Positions 1 to 10,176 of a stretch of 64,000 nucleotides of DNA are shown here, one piece after another. Position 1 is the first letter of the stretch; every line of letters begins with the position of its first letter. This DNA comes from Gammaproteobacteria bacterium (lineage in GTDB: Bacteria > Pseudomonadota > Gammaproteobacteria > HK1): NCBI GenBank assembly GCA_965214795.1, contig OZ243976.1, positions 4,673,783 to 4,737,782 of the forward strand, written 5' to 3'. The notes below the pieces were generated by a model, which saw only the letters and a list, made by a program, of their open reading frames with translations, had not been told where the DNA came from and ran no database searches. Both the position numbers and the translations under genes were made by a program.

Positions 1-1532
1 AGCTCGAAGAAGCGGACGTCGCCCTTGGCGGCGGCCTGCTGCTCCATGACTTCTCGCGGGATCTGCAGCAGCACAAGCTTGACACCCCTGTTCTTCGCCT
101 CCTGAACCACGAGATTCTGAAGGCCCATCTCCCACTCCCAGCCGAGGACGTGCAGTTCCTCCTGCTTGAGCTTGGCGCACTCGTCCACCGCATCGCCGAC
201 ATCTCCAATAGTCACCGGCGCGTCCACCGCGCCGATGTGTACCATCGCCTTGGCCTTCCTTCCGTGCAGGTGAGTCATGCCCGCGACCGGCTGCGCGCCG
301 TAGAGCTTGAGAATGAAGGCAAGGTACTCGTAGAGCGCCTGCTCCGTGATCGGCTTGTTCTTCTTTTCGCCGAAAGTCACGCCTTGCCAGTACTGGCGTT
401 CGTATTTTCCAAGGTTCAGTACCTCGAACGGCTTGCAGTTCTCGATACCCAGCAATCGCTTGCGGGTGACATGGATACCCCAACGACCCAGATCGCAACC
501 GATCCAACGACGGCCAAGTTTCTCCGAGACAGCAAGAGTGGTCCCGGAACCACAGAAGAAGTCGGCGACCAGGCTTCCATCGCTGGAAGATGCCTTCAAG
601 ATGCGATCCAACAACGCTTCAGGCTTTTGAGTCGGAAAATCCGATCTTTCGGAACCCATCGGATTGACGGGTGATATGTCATCCCACACTGAATCGACGA
701 TGTCTCCTGGAACCTCGTCCAAATAGATCGTGCGCGTACCTCCGCCGGTGGGGTTCACGTCATTTCGATAGAGACGCCCATTCTTGTCTTTTTTGAATCT
801 TTGAATATAATCTGGTCGATGAGGTTTGTATTGAACATTCCAAATATAGCTATCAGAATTAGAGTAGATCAAAATGGTGTCATGTTTTCGGGGGAAATTC
901 CGTGAAGTCTTACGCTTGAACCCAAAATAGTGCCAAGAGATTTCGTTGACGAATCCATCAGATCCAAATACATCATCAAGAATTCCTCGAAGCAGATGAT
1001 TGACGTGCCAGTCACAGTGCACATAAAGGGTTCCATTTTGCGTCAGAAGATCACGCAGAGTCCGAAGGCGATCATTCAACATATCCACGTAACTCGAAGT
1101 ACCGCCGCCCCACGTATCTCGGTACGCCTTCTCTTCGATGATCGACTGCTTCTTGAATACCTGTTCCCCTGAATCACCGATTGGAGCCGTAAACGAAAAA
1201 TCCGCCCCCGTTGCAAACGGTGGATCGATGTAGATCAGATCGATCTTTCCGGCGAACCTCTCCAACAGAGAACTCATCACCGGCAGGTTGTCGCCCCAGA
1301 TCAGCTTGTTCTTCCAGCCCTCCTCGAAAGTGTCTCCTTCGTTGCCCTCGTAAACTTCAAACAGGGATGCCTGCACGCCCCCTCTCTTCGCCTCGCGCGT
1401 GGCGCGGCTCTCGTTGACGGTCTCGATGACCTGGAACGGCAGACTGACCCGCGGCACCTCCTTGAGCGTACCGTCCTCGTTGTACTTGCCCGGCCAGACC
1501 AGCTCGGTCTTCGTGACATCGATCTTCGGCAT
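1..1532 (-). CDS. Beta-class N6-adenine/N4-cytosine DNA methyltransferase, Type III Mod-like; the 3-prime end runs off the window
   Basis: Absent from the ORF track because there is no stop inside the window. My own minus-strand translation from ATG 1532-1530 stays open to nt 1: MPKIDVTKTELVWPGKY... Motif IV DLIYIDPPFATGADF lies at about 1201-1250. It precedes FPTQKPEALLDRIL and SAM motif I VADFFCGSGTTLAVSEKLGRRWIGCDL at about 500-620. The IV-before-I order is the beta permutation. The start overlaps the upstream stop (TAATG). Confidence 0.85.
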   Translation of the reverse strand, partial: MPKIDVTKTELVWPGKYNEDGTLKEVPRVSLPFQVIETVNESRATREAKRGGVQASLFEVYEGNEGDTFEEGWKNKLIWGDNLPVMSSLLERFAGKIDLIYIDPPFATGADFSFTAPIGDSGEQVFKKQSIIEEKAYRDTWGGGTSSYVDMLNDRLRTLRDLLTQNGTLYVHCDWHVNHLLRGILDDVFGSDGFVNEISWHYFGFKRKTSRNFPRKHDTILIYSNSDSYIWNVQYKPHRPDYIQRFKKDKNGRLYRNDVNPTGGGTRTIYLDEVPGDIVDSVWDDISPVNPMGSERSDFPTQKPEALLDRILKASSSDGSLVADFFCGSGTTLAVSEKLGRRWIGCDLGRWGIHVTRKRLLGIENCKPFEVLNLGKYERQYWQGVTFGEKKNKPITEQALYEYLAFILKLYGAQPVAGMTHLHGRKAKAMVHIGAVDAPVTIGDVGDAVDECAKLKQEELHVLGWEWEMGLQNLVVQEAKNRGVKLVLLQIPREVMEQQAAAKGDVRFFE

Positions 1533-2977
1533 TACTGGGCCTCTCCCATTCGCTTCAGGTACTGACTGCCCGCCGCCGTCAGTCGGTAGCGCTGCCGGCT
1601 GCTGCGCGGCTTGTCCGGGATCGTCATCTCGATCAGCCCGGCCTGGAGGGCGGGAACCAGATAGGTTGTATTGAAATGGACCCGGTGTTTCAATCCAAGA
1701 GCTTCCTGGATCTGTTGCCTGGTCATTTCACCTGACATTGCCAGTAGCAGTCGCTTTATAATATCTACTTGATCGGTGACTTGATCGGTGACTTGATCGG
1801 TGACTTCCGGGGCTACTTGATCGGTGACCCGATCATCCCCCGACACCACCCGAACCTCCGGGTTCGGACGAAAGGTGACGGTGAAGAAGCTGTCGGCTTC
1901 GAACTCCGGCTCCGGGCAGTCCTGCGCCCTTGCTCCGTCGCGGATGCGTCGGATGCCCGTGCCCGCCTTCTCTATAAAACCGATGCGATGGAGCAGGTCG
2001 GCGATGAGCGGGTTCCGCCGGATGCTCTTGTGCCCGAGATCGGTCAGGGTCAGGCCCTTGGGCAGGCTGCCGGGGCTGATCACCTCGATCCGGTCGGTGT
2101 AAACCTCGACGAAGACGTTGGCGCCGTCGAAGAACCAGTCGCGGTGCATGACCGCGTTGGTGATCGCCTCGCGCACGGCCTCCGTCGGGTACTTCAGGAT
2201 GTCCTGCCGCCTCAAGCCCTCGATCCGGTAGGCGGTGCGGGTGTTGCGCTCGATGAAGCGCATGGCGTTTTCGATGTCGGCCACGACCCCGCCGTCGAAG
2301 TCCTTGCGGTCCAGGATGTGCACCTTGTCGGTCCCCCTTCCCAGCAGGCAGGTGATGTACGCCTCCGGGAAAAAATGACGCACGTTCCTGGCGAAGAAGA
2401 GCACGCCCGCGTTGCGGAAGAGCAGCCGGTTGTCCGCCCGCTCGGCTACCTCGACGTTGACCAGCACGTCCTCGACCGGCGGGCGTCCGGTAATACCGGA
2501 CTGGCCGAGCCAAGCGTCGAACTTCTCCTGATCGAAGTCTTCCGGGTAGCTGAATCGGGGGCAGGGCGAGAGGTCGAACCGGACGACACCCTCGGCGGGG
2601 AAGAAGTCGCGGATTTCGTCGCGGCTCATCTTCTGGGTCACCGCGCCCTGACGCCAGAAGAATCCGTCGCTGCACTGCACCGGCTTGGCGTCGCTTTCCC
2701 GCACGTGGACCGCGAATACTCCATCCACCGGCTCCACCAGCACCTTCACCGGCGGGTCGCAGTTGCGGGCGATGTCCTGAATACGGGCGCGCAGGGTGTT
2801 GGTGTCCTTGATGCCGGTCACGATTCCGCCATCACTCACGCCCAGGAGGATCCTGCCGCCAATGGTGTTGGCCAAGGCGACGACCTCCCGCGCGAACGAT
2901 GCCGAGAGGCTCTCCTTGAACGCAAGGGTAGTGCCCTCGCCTTGCTGGGTGAGCATCTCGAGATCGGCAGGGGTCAT
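1532..2977 (-). CDS. AlbA_2 (Schlafen-type) DNA-binding domain plus HATPase_c_4-like domain plus C-terminal wHTH protein (often annotated RecG-like or transcriptional regulator)
   Basis: ORF 1532..3262. The likely start is MTPADLEML at ATG 2977-2975, overlapping the upstream stop (ATGA). N-terminal EGTTLAFKESLS...ALANTIGGRILLGVSDGGIVTGI. Central YPTEAVREAITNAVMHRDW...IEVISPGSLP...RNPLIADLLHRIGFIEKAGTGIRRI. A (VTDQ)n linker precedes a C-terminal helix-turn-helix-like tail. Confidence 0.75.
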   Translation of the reverse strand: MTPADLEMLTQQGEGTTLAFKESLSASFAREVVALANTIGGRILLGVSDGGIVTGIKDTNTLRARIQDIARNCDPPVKVLVEPVDGVFAVHVRESDAKPVQCSDGFFWRQGAVTQKMSRDEIRDFFPAEGVVRFDLSPCPRFSYPEDFDQEKFDAWLGQSGITGRPPVEDVLVNVEVAERADNRLLFRNAGVLFFARNVRHFFPEAYITCLLGRGTDKVHILDRKDFDGGVVADIENAMRFIERNTRTAYRIEGLRRQDILKYPTEAVREAITNAVMHRDWFFDGANVFVEVYTDRIEVISPGSLPKGLTLTDLGHKSIRRNPLIADLLHRIGFIEKAGTGIRRIRDGARAQDCPEPEFEADSFFTVTFRPNPEVRVVSGDDRVTDQVAPEVTDQVTDQVTDQVDIIKRLLLAMSGEMTRQQIQEALGLKHRVHFNTTYLVPALQAGLIEMTIPDKPRSSRQRYRLTAAGSQYLKRMGEAQ

Positions 2978-5847
2978 GCCGCGAGCGCCTCCGATTCGCC
3001 GATGACGCCCTCGGCGCGGCACAGCGCCCGCAGATCGCACTCCCGGCAAATCGCCGCTTCGGGCGGCGTCGCGACCGAGAACTCCCCCGCCCGGATACGG
3101 CGCACGGTTTCGTCGAAGTGCCGGCCCGCCGCGTCCACCCGATCCGGGCGATACGGCAGCACCATGAGAGCGTCCTCCTTGCACGTCTCCGAGGTCCAGT
3201 AGAGAAGCAGTCGGTCCACGTGCCTGCCGTGCCGGCGCTCCAGAATGTGCGCATAGGTGCAAAGCTGCCGTTCGTAGGCGGCGATCAAGGCGGGGCTGTT
3301 CTTCGGGCGCGGCGAGGTCTTGAAGTCGAGCAGCTCAAGCTTGCCGTCCCCGGCGAGCAGCAGGTCCACCTTGCCGGCGAGGATGTATCCGTCCTTCTCC
3401 AGCGATACGTCCACTTCCGTGTCGATGACCCGATTCATCTCGTCCTGATTCTGCCGGAAGTAGTCGATCACCTGCGTGAAGGCCGATTCCTTCGCCCGCT
3501 CGCCGATAGGTCGCACGTCGGAGAGACACAGGAAGTGAAAGGTCCGGTCGAACAGGTTCCGGATGCGCGTCTCGTCGAGCGTGTGGAGCCGGCCGTCAAG
3601 AGCGATACGGTGGATCTCCTCGATGGACTGGTGCACGAGCAGGCCGAAGAAGATCACCGCCGAACGGGAAGGCGTGAAGTCGTACTCGCGGAAGAACTGA
3701 TACTGGCGCGGGCAGGTTTCGTAGATCTTGAGGTCCCCGGTGAAGCTGTACGTCTTCTTGACCGGGATGCGCTCTTGCGGCTCGAAGCGTTGCGCAGCGA
3801 GCAGTTCCTTCTTGACGTAGGGCCACTGAGGGAGTCCCTGCCAGATGGATGCGAAGTGGTCCCTGGGCTGCTTGTGGGCGGTGAGCACCAGCAACTTCTG
3901 CGGCCTCGAAAACGCCACGTAGTGCAGGCGCATACGGTCGAAGTGGGTGACTCGGTTCTCGGGCTCGAACGGCGGTCGCCGGTAGAACGGGCCGAGATCC
4001 CGGTCGATCCGTTTGGGACTGGCCAACTGCGTCGAGAGCGAGCCGACCACGACCACCGGGAACTCAAGTCCCTTGGCTTGATGGATGGTCATCACCTGCA
4101 CGTGGCCCCTGGGGAAGGGCCGATCCGGATCCTCGTACTCGTTGATGCCACCGTCATGGAGAAGGCGCAGGAAGCTCGCGAAGAAATGGAAGCGGATGTA
4201 CTCGCGGTTCCTGTGCGTGAGCACCGGGTAATGATAGTAGTTCTGAAAGACGTTCAGGAGCTGGGAGAAGATGGCGAGGTTGCGGGCCGTGTTCTCGTTC
4301 CGGGTGGCGCTCCTGAACGGCTCCAGCGCAAGCAGGCGGTAGAAGTAGTCGGCGGGGCGGAGATCGAGCGTCTCACCCTTCTCGAGGGCGGCGATCTCGC
4401 CGGTCCACCGCTGAAGCGCCTCGGCGAGCGGATGCGGAGCACCGAAGCCCCGACCAAGCTGAACGAGAGCATCGTCCACGTATCCCGCCAGATTCGCCAC
4501 CGCACCGCCCCCAACCTCTCCGCGCCCGTCACCATACCAACCGAACAGAACGGCGTAGCTGGCAACCAGGTAGCGAATCTCGGGTGTCTCGAAGAATGCT
4601 CGGGCCCGGGGGCAGAACGCGGGGATGCCCTTGTCCCTGAGTGCCGCCAAGTATGGGCCGCTGTGGTCCTCGCGGACACTGTGGAGCAGCAGTGCCACCT
4701 GGTTGTAGTCCGCGAGGACTCCGTTCTCCTTCAGGAAGGCCACGAGGTCGGCGAATCTTTCGGCCTCGTCACGACGGTTGCGGCCCCAGATGCTGATGAC
4801 GGAGGGGTAGTCGGGATGCTTTCCCTTCGGATCCGCGGCGACGATCTTGTCGTAGCGGAACGAGCCGCCTTCCGGACTGGACCAGTCGGCTGAGGCCATC
4901 CAGCGGTCGTAGCGCTCCACGATCGCCTGGTGCGATCGGTAGTTGGTGGTCAACTTGACGGTCGCGCAGCCTGCAACCCGTAGCGGGAACTCCAGGATGT
5001 TGCGCACCGTCGCACCCCTGAAACGGTAGAGACTCTGGTCCTCGTCCCCTACCACGCACAGGTTCTTGCGAGTTCCCGCAAGCTTCAGAAGAAGCTGCTC
5101 CTGGACATGGTTGGTATCCTGGTACTCGTCCACCAGCAGGTAGAGCAGGCCAGGGGATACGGCGTCCGCGTTCGCTGGGTCGTCGAGCATGTCGCACACG
5201 AGCCGTTGCAGATGAGCGAAATCCACCTGATTGGCGTTCAGCAGGGCTTGTTCGTAGCGTTGGCAGGCAGCGCCGATGGCCCTGATGAACGCGTTGTCGG
5301 AAGTAGTCAGCCGGCGGAGATCGACAAGCTCTTCCGTGATCTTGTCGAAGTAGCGGCGCGCGCCCTCGATGGCCGTCCACCGAGTCCTCCAGCGGGTGAG
5401 AAACAGGCCGTCGTCGGGCGGGCCGACGATCTCGTCGAAATGTTCGAAGACGAAGAGGAGTTGCGTCAGTTCGTCCAGGGTCTCGTAGCTGTGTCCAAGC
5501 TCCGTCCGGTGGCGGTGTCGGGTAAGCACCTGGTTGCAGAAGCCGTGGATGGTGGAGATCGTCAGTTCGGAAAGGTCGCCTTCATAGCGCACCTTGCGGG
5601 CCGCCGCAGCCAGCCGGTCGCGCATCTCGAAGGCGGCTTTCTCGGTGAAGGTGCAGAGCACGATCTCCTTCGGTTCAGCCTTTCCCAGCAACAGGAGATT
5701 CAACGCCCTCAAGACGATGCTGAAGGTCTTTCCGGAACCCGGTCCCGCGACCACGAGCAGCGGGCCGTCGAGGTGTCCGACGACCGCACGCTGGCTCTCG
5801 ACGAGATCTGGGTAGTGCTCCGGAATGGCGGGGGCGATAGATCTCAC
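2974..5847 (-). CDS. UvrD/Rep/PcrA-family SF1 helicase fused to a C-terminal PD-(D/E)XK (Cas4/AddB-like) nuclease with a Cys cluster
   Basis: 957-aa ORF with a GTG start overlapping the radC stop (GTGA). Walker A VVAGPGSGKTF, motif II LLVDEYQDTNHVQ, TTNYRSHQAIV, MTIHQAKGLEFPVVVV. C-terminal nuclease signature CPRQYQFF...DLLLAGDGKLELLDFKT...YERQLCTY and terminal CRECDLRALC. Confidence 0.9.
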   Translation of the reverse strand: MRSIAPAIPEHYPDLVESQRAVVGHLDGPLLVVAGPGSGKTFSIVLRALNLLLLGKAEPKEIVLCTFTEKAAFEMRDRLAAAARKVRYEGDLSELTISTIHGFCNQVLTRHRHRTELGHSYETLDELTQLLFVFEHFDEIVGPPDDGLFLTRWRTRWTAIEGARRYFDKITEELVDLRRLTTSDNAFIRAIGAACQRYEQALLNANQVDFAHLQRLVCDMLDDPANADAVSPGLLYLLVDEYQDTNHVQEQLLLKLAGTRKNLCVVGDEDQSLYRFRGATVRNILEFPLRVAGCATVKLTTNYRSHQAIVERYDRWMASADWSSPEGGSFRYDKIVAADPKGKHPDYPSVISIWGRNRRDEAERFADLVAFLKENGVLADYNQVALLLHSVREDHSGPYLAALRDKGIPAFCPRARAFFETPEIRYLVASYAVLFGWYGDGRGEVGGGAVANLAGYVDDALVQLGRGFGAPHPLAEALQRWTGEIAALEKGETLDLRPADYFYRLLALEPFRSATRNENTARNLAIFSQLLNVFQNYYHYPVLTHRNREYIRFHFFASFLRLLHDGGINEYEDPDRPFPRGHVQVMTIHQAKGLEFPVVVVGSLSTQLASPKRIDRDLGPFYRRPPFEPENRVTHFDRMRLHYVAFSRPQKLLVLTAHKQPRDHFASIWQGLPQWPYVKKELLAAQRFEPQERIPVKKTYSFTGDLKIYETCPRQYQFFREYDFTPSRSAVIFFGLLVHQSIEEIHRIALDGRLHTLDETRIRNLFDRTFHFLCLSDVRPIGERAKESAFTQVIDYFRQNQDEMNRVIDTEVDVSLEKDGYILAGKVDLLLAGDGKLELLDFKTSPRPKNSPALIAAYERQLCTYAHILERRHGRHVDRLLLYWTSETCKEDALMVLPYRPDRVDAAGRHFDETVRRIRAGEFSVATPPEAAICRECDLRALCRAEGVIGESEALAA

Positions 5848-6527
5848 AGCAGCCCCGCCTCCCTGAAGCTGAAGGTCTCTTGCGGCGACACGATCAGGTG
5901 GTCGGCTACCCGAAGGCCGATGGTTTCCGCGGCCAGCACGATGGCCCGAGTGAGGACCTTGTCGTGCTCGCTCGGCTCGACGCTGCCGTTCGGATGGTTG
6001 TGCGCGAGCACCAGTGCCGCCGCCTGGCGCTTGAGCGCGGCTTCCACGACGCGGCGGGGATACACCACCGCACGGTCGATCGTGCCCTCCTGGAGCGTTT
6101 CGACGCCATTGCGGAGCAGCCGATACCCGGAATCCAGGTACGCCACCGCGAACACCTCATGCCTGAGGGCGCCGATCCGCATGCGCCAGAAGTCGCCGAG
6201 CCGCTCCGGGTCGCGAAACACTTCCGCTCCCTCCGACACTTCCTGCAAGTAGAGGGTCGCCAACGCGCGGACGACCTGCAGGGCGACCGCGGCGGCCTCA
6301 CCAACGCCGGCTACCGACTGCAACTCGGCAAGCGGCGCATCCATGACACCGCGCAGGCTGCCAAAGCGCTCGAGCAGCGCCTTGGCGGGCTGCTTCACGT
6401 CCGCGCGCGGGATGGCCAGGGTCAGCAGCAGTTCGACGGTTTCGTGCTCCGCGAATCCCGCCAGGCCGCTCTTCAGAAAGCGCTCTCTGAGGCGCTTGCG
6501 GTGCCCGTGGTAGTGAGGCCGTTCCAT
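5844..6527 (-). CDS. radC: RadC-family JAB/MPN domain protein
   Basis: ORF 5844..6578. The preferred start is MERPHYHGHRKRLRERF (ATG 6527-6525). The HhH region is followed by the JAMM motif VLAHNHPNGSVEPSEHD. Confidence 0.85.
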   Translation of the reverse strand: MERPHYHGHRKRLRERFLKSGLAGFAEHETVELLLTLAIPRADVKQPAKALLERFGSLRGVMDAPLAELQSVAGVGEAAAVALQVVRALATLYLQEVSEGAEVFRDPERLGDFWRMRIGALRHEVFAVAYLDSGYRLLRNGVETLQEGTIDRAVVYPRRVVEAALKRQAAALVLAHNHPNGSVEPSEHDKVLTRAIVLAAETIGLRVADHLIVSPQETFSFREAGLL

Positions 6528-6672
6528 CCCTGGGGTGCTCCGTCGGGTCGTGCGGGAACGCTCGTGACCCTGGGCCATCCGACGAGGTCCGCGGCTGCCG
6601 GTCCGGACTTGACGACGAACCCCGCCCGGGGGCGCGGATGCACCGAGCGGGCGGCGAGAGCGAGACCGTGCG

Positions 6673-7518
6673 TCAGGCGTACGAGATGCCCGCGACGGGT
6701 GGCCACGCCTCCATGGGGGGAGCGAGCGGAGGGGTGCCGCCGCCGATCACGGACTGGTCGAGGTCGAGAAACGCCCCGGTCATCATCCCGGACTCGTCGG
6801 AGGCGAGGTAGGCGATCGTCCGCGCCACCTCGTCGGGCTTCAGCAGCCGCCCGAACGGCATCTTCGCCTCCGCGGCGGCGAGCCACTCCTTCCCCCCGCT
6901 GTGGTAGCGGCGCTGGATCACGTCCTCGCCGTCCGAGTCCATCCAGCCGAGGTTGATGGCGTTGACCCGGATGCGGTGACGCACGACGGAGTAGGCGACG
7001 TTCTTCGTCAGCACGTTGAGCGCGCCCTTGGAGGCCGCGTAGGGACACAGGAACGGCTCGCTCCCGTGCGAGGCGACGCTGGAGACGTTCACGATCGAGC
7101 CAGCGACCCCCTCGCGCGCCATCAGCTTGACCGCGTCCTGCATGAGATAGAACGGGCCCCGCACGTTGACCGCCATCATCTGGTCGAAGAGTGCGGGCTC
7201 GGTGTCCCAGATCGTCCCGCGCTCGGTGAGCGCCGCGATGTTGGCGAGGGCGTGCAGGGTGCCGAAGGTCTCGTCGGCGGCCGCGATGATCCGGCGGCAG
7301 GCGTCGACGTCGGCGACATCGGCCTGCACGAAAACCGCGCGGCAGCCGCCGCTCGTCAGGCTCTCGGCGACCGCCTCGCCGCGCTCCGCGTTCCGTCCGG
7401 TGACGATGATGCCCGCGGCCCCCCGCTCCGCGAACAGCTCGGCCGTGGCGCGGCCGAGGCCCTGGGTGCTCCCGGTAATGACGGCATACTTGCCGGCAAG
7501 CGAACTCGTGTCGGTCAT
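6673..7518 (-). CDS. Short-chain dehydrogenase/reductase (classical SDR)
   Basis: ORF 6673..7563. The start [22 protein letters not shown] at ATG 7518-7516 is preceded by GGGGAGGAGGA. Catalytic YAASKGAL is present. Confidence 0.85.
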   Translation of the reverse strand: MTDTSSLAGKYAVITGSTQGLGRATAELFAERGAAGIIVTGRNAERGEAVAESLTSGGCRAVFVQADVADVDACRRIIAAADETFGTLHALANIAALTERGTIWDTEPALFDQMMAVNVRGPFYLMQDAVKLMAREGVAGSIVNVSSVASHGSEPFLCPYAASKGALNVLTKNVAYSVVRHRIRVNAINLGWMDSDGEDVIQRRYHSGGKEWLAAAEAKMPFGRLLKPDEVARTIAYLASDESGMMTGAFLDLDQSVIGGGTPPLAPPMEAWPPVAGISYA

Positions 7519-7639
7519 CGATTCCTCCTCCCCGGTCGGCGGGCGCGGGCTTTCGGTGCTCAAGCGTACAACACCGCGCGCGGCGCGAGTGCGTCGCGCG
7601 GCCAGCCTGCCGTCCGACCAGCCGGGCCCGGCCCCGGGC

Positions 7640-8404
7640 TCAGACGATCACCCGCTCCACCGGCACGCCGCGGACGTCCATCTCGAAGGCGAGCCCCTCG
7701 ACCGGCGGCCGGGCGTACGTCCAGGTAATGCCGTCCGGTGCCGCGCCCCGGGTGACGATCTCGTCGGCGAGGAACCCGTGGACCTCGTGCACGGTGTAGA
7801 CCTGGCTCACCGTGGCATCCGTCCACACGAGCCCGAGCGCGCCCATCCGGCGCTCCATCGCGCCAAGAACGTAGCGCGCCTTCTCGCGCATCGCGCTGGG
7901 CGAGGTGTCGCCGAGGCGGATGATCCGATCCCGGTACTCCCCGGGCCCCTCCGGCGCCTCACCCGAGCCGGCGATGACGAAGCTCTTCATTTCCGCGGAC
8001 TCTCCCGTCCCGGCGGGCACCGTGTACGAGAACGCGTGGAAGGAGGGCTCGACCGGGGGATCGACCTCGGGGCAGACGTTCGAGCGGGCGACCGGGTTCT
8101 CCTCGTCCTGGAAGATGCCCCATCGCTCGAGGGTGCGGACATAGGCCCGGTTGAAGGCGACGAAGCCTTCCTCGCTGAACTGGGCGGGCGAACGGAGCTC
8201 GCACGCGCAGAACGCGGTGGTCGGCCGGCCGATCGCGCCCAGATACGCCTCGATCCGGCGAAAGCCCTCTTCAAGGGGTACGGGACGGTGAAATCTCGCT
8301 CGTTCGATGGCGAAGCCGGGCTCCGCCGCGGCCCCGCCCGAGTACTGGAACCGGCCCCGGACATAGCGATAGCCCCCCGGCCCGAAAACCGCCGTCTCCG
8401 CCAT
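7640..8404 (-). CDS. Conserved hypothetical protein; tentative resemblance to the CnbZ-type (2-amino-5-chloromuconate deaminase-like) family
   Basis: The internal start [31 protein letters not shown] at ATG 8404-8402 follows GAGGAGG. High third-position GC. The upstream part of ORF 7640..8791 looks non-coding. The family name is from memory only. Confidence 0.6.
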   Translation of the reverse strand: MAETAVFGPGGYRYVRGRFQYSGGAAAEPGFAIERARFHRPVPLEEGFRRIEAYLGAIGRPTTAFCACELRSPAQFSEEGFVAFNRAYVRTLERWGIFQDEENPVARSNVCPEVDPPVEPSFHAFSYTVPAGTGESAEMKSFVIAGSGEAPEGPGEYRDRIIRLGDTSPSAMREKARYVLGAMERRMGALGLVWTDATVSQVYTVHEVHGFLADEIVTRGAAPDGITWTYARPPVEGLAFEMDVRGVPVERVIV

Positions 8405-8834
8405 CTCGCACCTCCTCTTCATCGCCTTCGCGCGGGCTCCGCTACGGTAGAGGAATCGCAGCGGGTCAATCAACGCGGCCAGCCGGTTTCTCGAGGGCCG
8501 AGGTGGACCGCCGCGGCGACTCCGGAGCCGGGCGGGTGTCGATGCCCGGGACGTGGCCGGGGAGGCCGGCGCGGCCGTGCCGGCGTTTGTCGGCGGCGAC
8601 CGCGTGAGGGGCCGGCCCGGATGCATGCCGAACAGGGCGGGAGACCGGGACGGAAGGTGGCCGCGGACGCGCCGCCGGCATTGTTCCGCTACTTTCGCGG
8701 CGAGGCTTCCGGCGCCGCCGCAGCGCCCTGCCCGGCCTCCCGGAACGAGGATGTCCCCCGAGCGACGATGCCCCTCCGAAAGACGTAGCATAGAAACCCG
8801 GACGGCAGGGCCGGGCTCAATGGGAGGCGGTGCG

Positions 8835-10085
8835 ATGCGGGCAGTCGTGCTCGGAAGCGGGGTCGTCGGTACCGCGGCCGCGTACTACCTCGCCCGGGAC
8901 GGCCACGAGGTCACCGTCCTCGAGCGGCACGAGGCGCCGGGCCTCGAGACGAGCTATGCCAACGCCGGTCTCGTCGCACCGGGGCACAGCTACGCCTGGG
9001 CCTCCCCCGCCGCCCCCCGGATCCTCGCGAAGTCGCTCATCGCGGCGGACCAGGCGCTCCGGCTCCGCCCCCGTCTCGACCCGCGCATGTGGGCGTGGCT
9101 CTGGCAGTTCCTCCTCCAGTGCACCGACGAGCGGGCCCGCGCCAACACGACCCGCAAGCTCCGGCTCTGCCGTTACTCGACGGACCTCCTCACCGAGCTC
9201 GCGCGGGACACCGGGGTCGAGTACGACGGCCTCGCCCGCGGCAACCTGTACGTCTATCGATCCGAGCGCAGCTTCGCGGCCGGAGTGCGCCGCACCCGGC
9301 TTCTCCGCGATCAGGGCCTCGAGCTCGAAGTGCTGGACCGGGACGGTCTCTGCGCTCGCGAGCCCGCCCTCGATCCGGTCCGAGAGAGGCTCGCGGGGGG
9401 CCTCTACTCGCCCACCGACCAGAGCGGCGACGCCCGGATGTTCAGCCGGAATCTCGCCGAGCACTGCCGCGAGGCGCTCGGGGTCCGGTTCCGGTTCGGG
9501 GTGACCGTGGAAGGGCTCGATGCGCAGGGCGACCGCATTGCGGCCGCGCGCACGAACGAAGGAGTGGTGAAGGGCGACGTGTTCGTGCTCGCGCTCGGCT
9601 TCATGAGCCCGTTCGTCTCGCGTACCGTGGCACTCAAGCTCCCCATCTACCCCGTCAAGGGGTACTCGGTGACGATTCCCCGGGGGTCGTCGAACCTGTC
9701 GCCGCGGATGGGAGTCTGCGACGAGGACCGCCTGGTCGTGACCTGTCCGATGGGCGACCGGGTCCGCGTCGCGGCCACCGCCGAGTTCACCGGGTACGAC
9801 AAGAGCCACCGGCCGGACGACTTCCGGGGGATGCTCGCATCCGTCCGGGAGCTCTTCCCATCCGCCGGCGACTACGACCGCCCCGAGTACTGGGCGGGGC
9901 TGCGGCCGATGACCCCCTCCACCGTCCCGATCCTCGGCCGGGCGCGCTACGAGAACCTCTACCTCGATACCGGCCACGGCCACATCGGATGGACGATGGC
10001 GTGCGGCTCGGGGAAGGTGACCGCCGACCTCGTCGCCGGGCGCGAGCCCGAGATCGACCTCGAAGGCCTGCTCTACGCCGGCTGA
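8835..10085 (+). CDS. dadA: FAD-dependent D-amino-acid dehydrogenase-like oxidoreductase
   Basis: In frame with ORF 8553..10085. The start MRAVVLGSGVVGTAAAYYLARDGHEVTVLER (dinucleotide-binding GxGxxG) follows GGGAGG. SYANAGLVAPGHSYAWASP and the C-terminal GHGHIGWTMACGSG match the DadA pattern. Confidence 0.85.
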   Translation: MRAVVLGSGVVGTAAAYYLARDGHEVTVLERHEAPGLETSYANAGLVAPGHSYAWASPAAPRILAKSLIAADQALRLRPRLDPRMWAWLWQFLLQCTDERARANTTRKLRLCRYSTDLLTELARDTGVEYDGLARGNLYVYRSERSFAAGVRRTRLLRDQGLELEVLDRDGLCAREPALDPVRERLAGGLYSPTDQSGDARMFSRNLAEHCREALGVRFRFGVTVEGLDAQGDRIAAARTNEGVVKGDVFVLALGFMSPFVSRTVALKLPIYPVKGYSVTIPRGSSNLSPRMGVCDEDRLVVTCPMGDRVRVAATAEFTGYDKSHRPDDFRGMLASVRELFPSAGDYDRPEYWAGLRPMTPSTVPILGRARYENLYLDTGHGHIGWTMACGSGKVTADLVAGREPEIDLEGLLYAG

Positions 10086-10176
10086 GACGCCGCCAGCACC
10101 CGGATCCAGATGCCGGAACTCGGGATCGCGTCGAAACCAGCAGGCGTACGAGAACGTCGGTGACCCATCCGCGTTC

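Noticed and set aside
1769-5847. Plus-strand ORFs 1769..3202, 3118..4893 and 5107..6252, together with the many overlapping 60-300-aa ORFs throughout the track
   Set aside because: They overlap well-supported genes on the other strand or in another frame and have no motifs. They were treated as GC-driven open frames.
8405-8834. Long N-terminal extensions of ORFs 7640..8791 and 8553..10085 that overlap each other
   Set aside because: Internal starts with strong Shine-Dalgarno sequences (8404 and 8835) give proteins that begin at the conserved N-termini. The extensions are Arg/Pro-rich and mutually overlapping.
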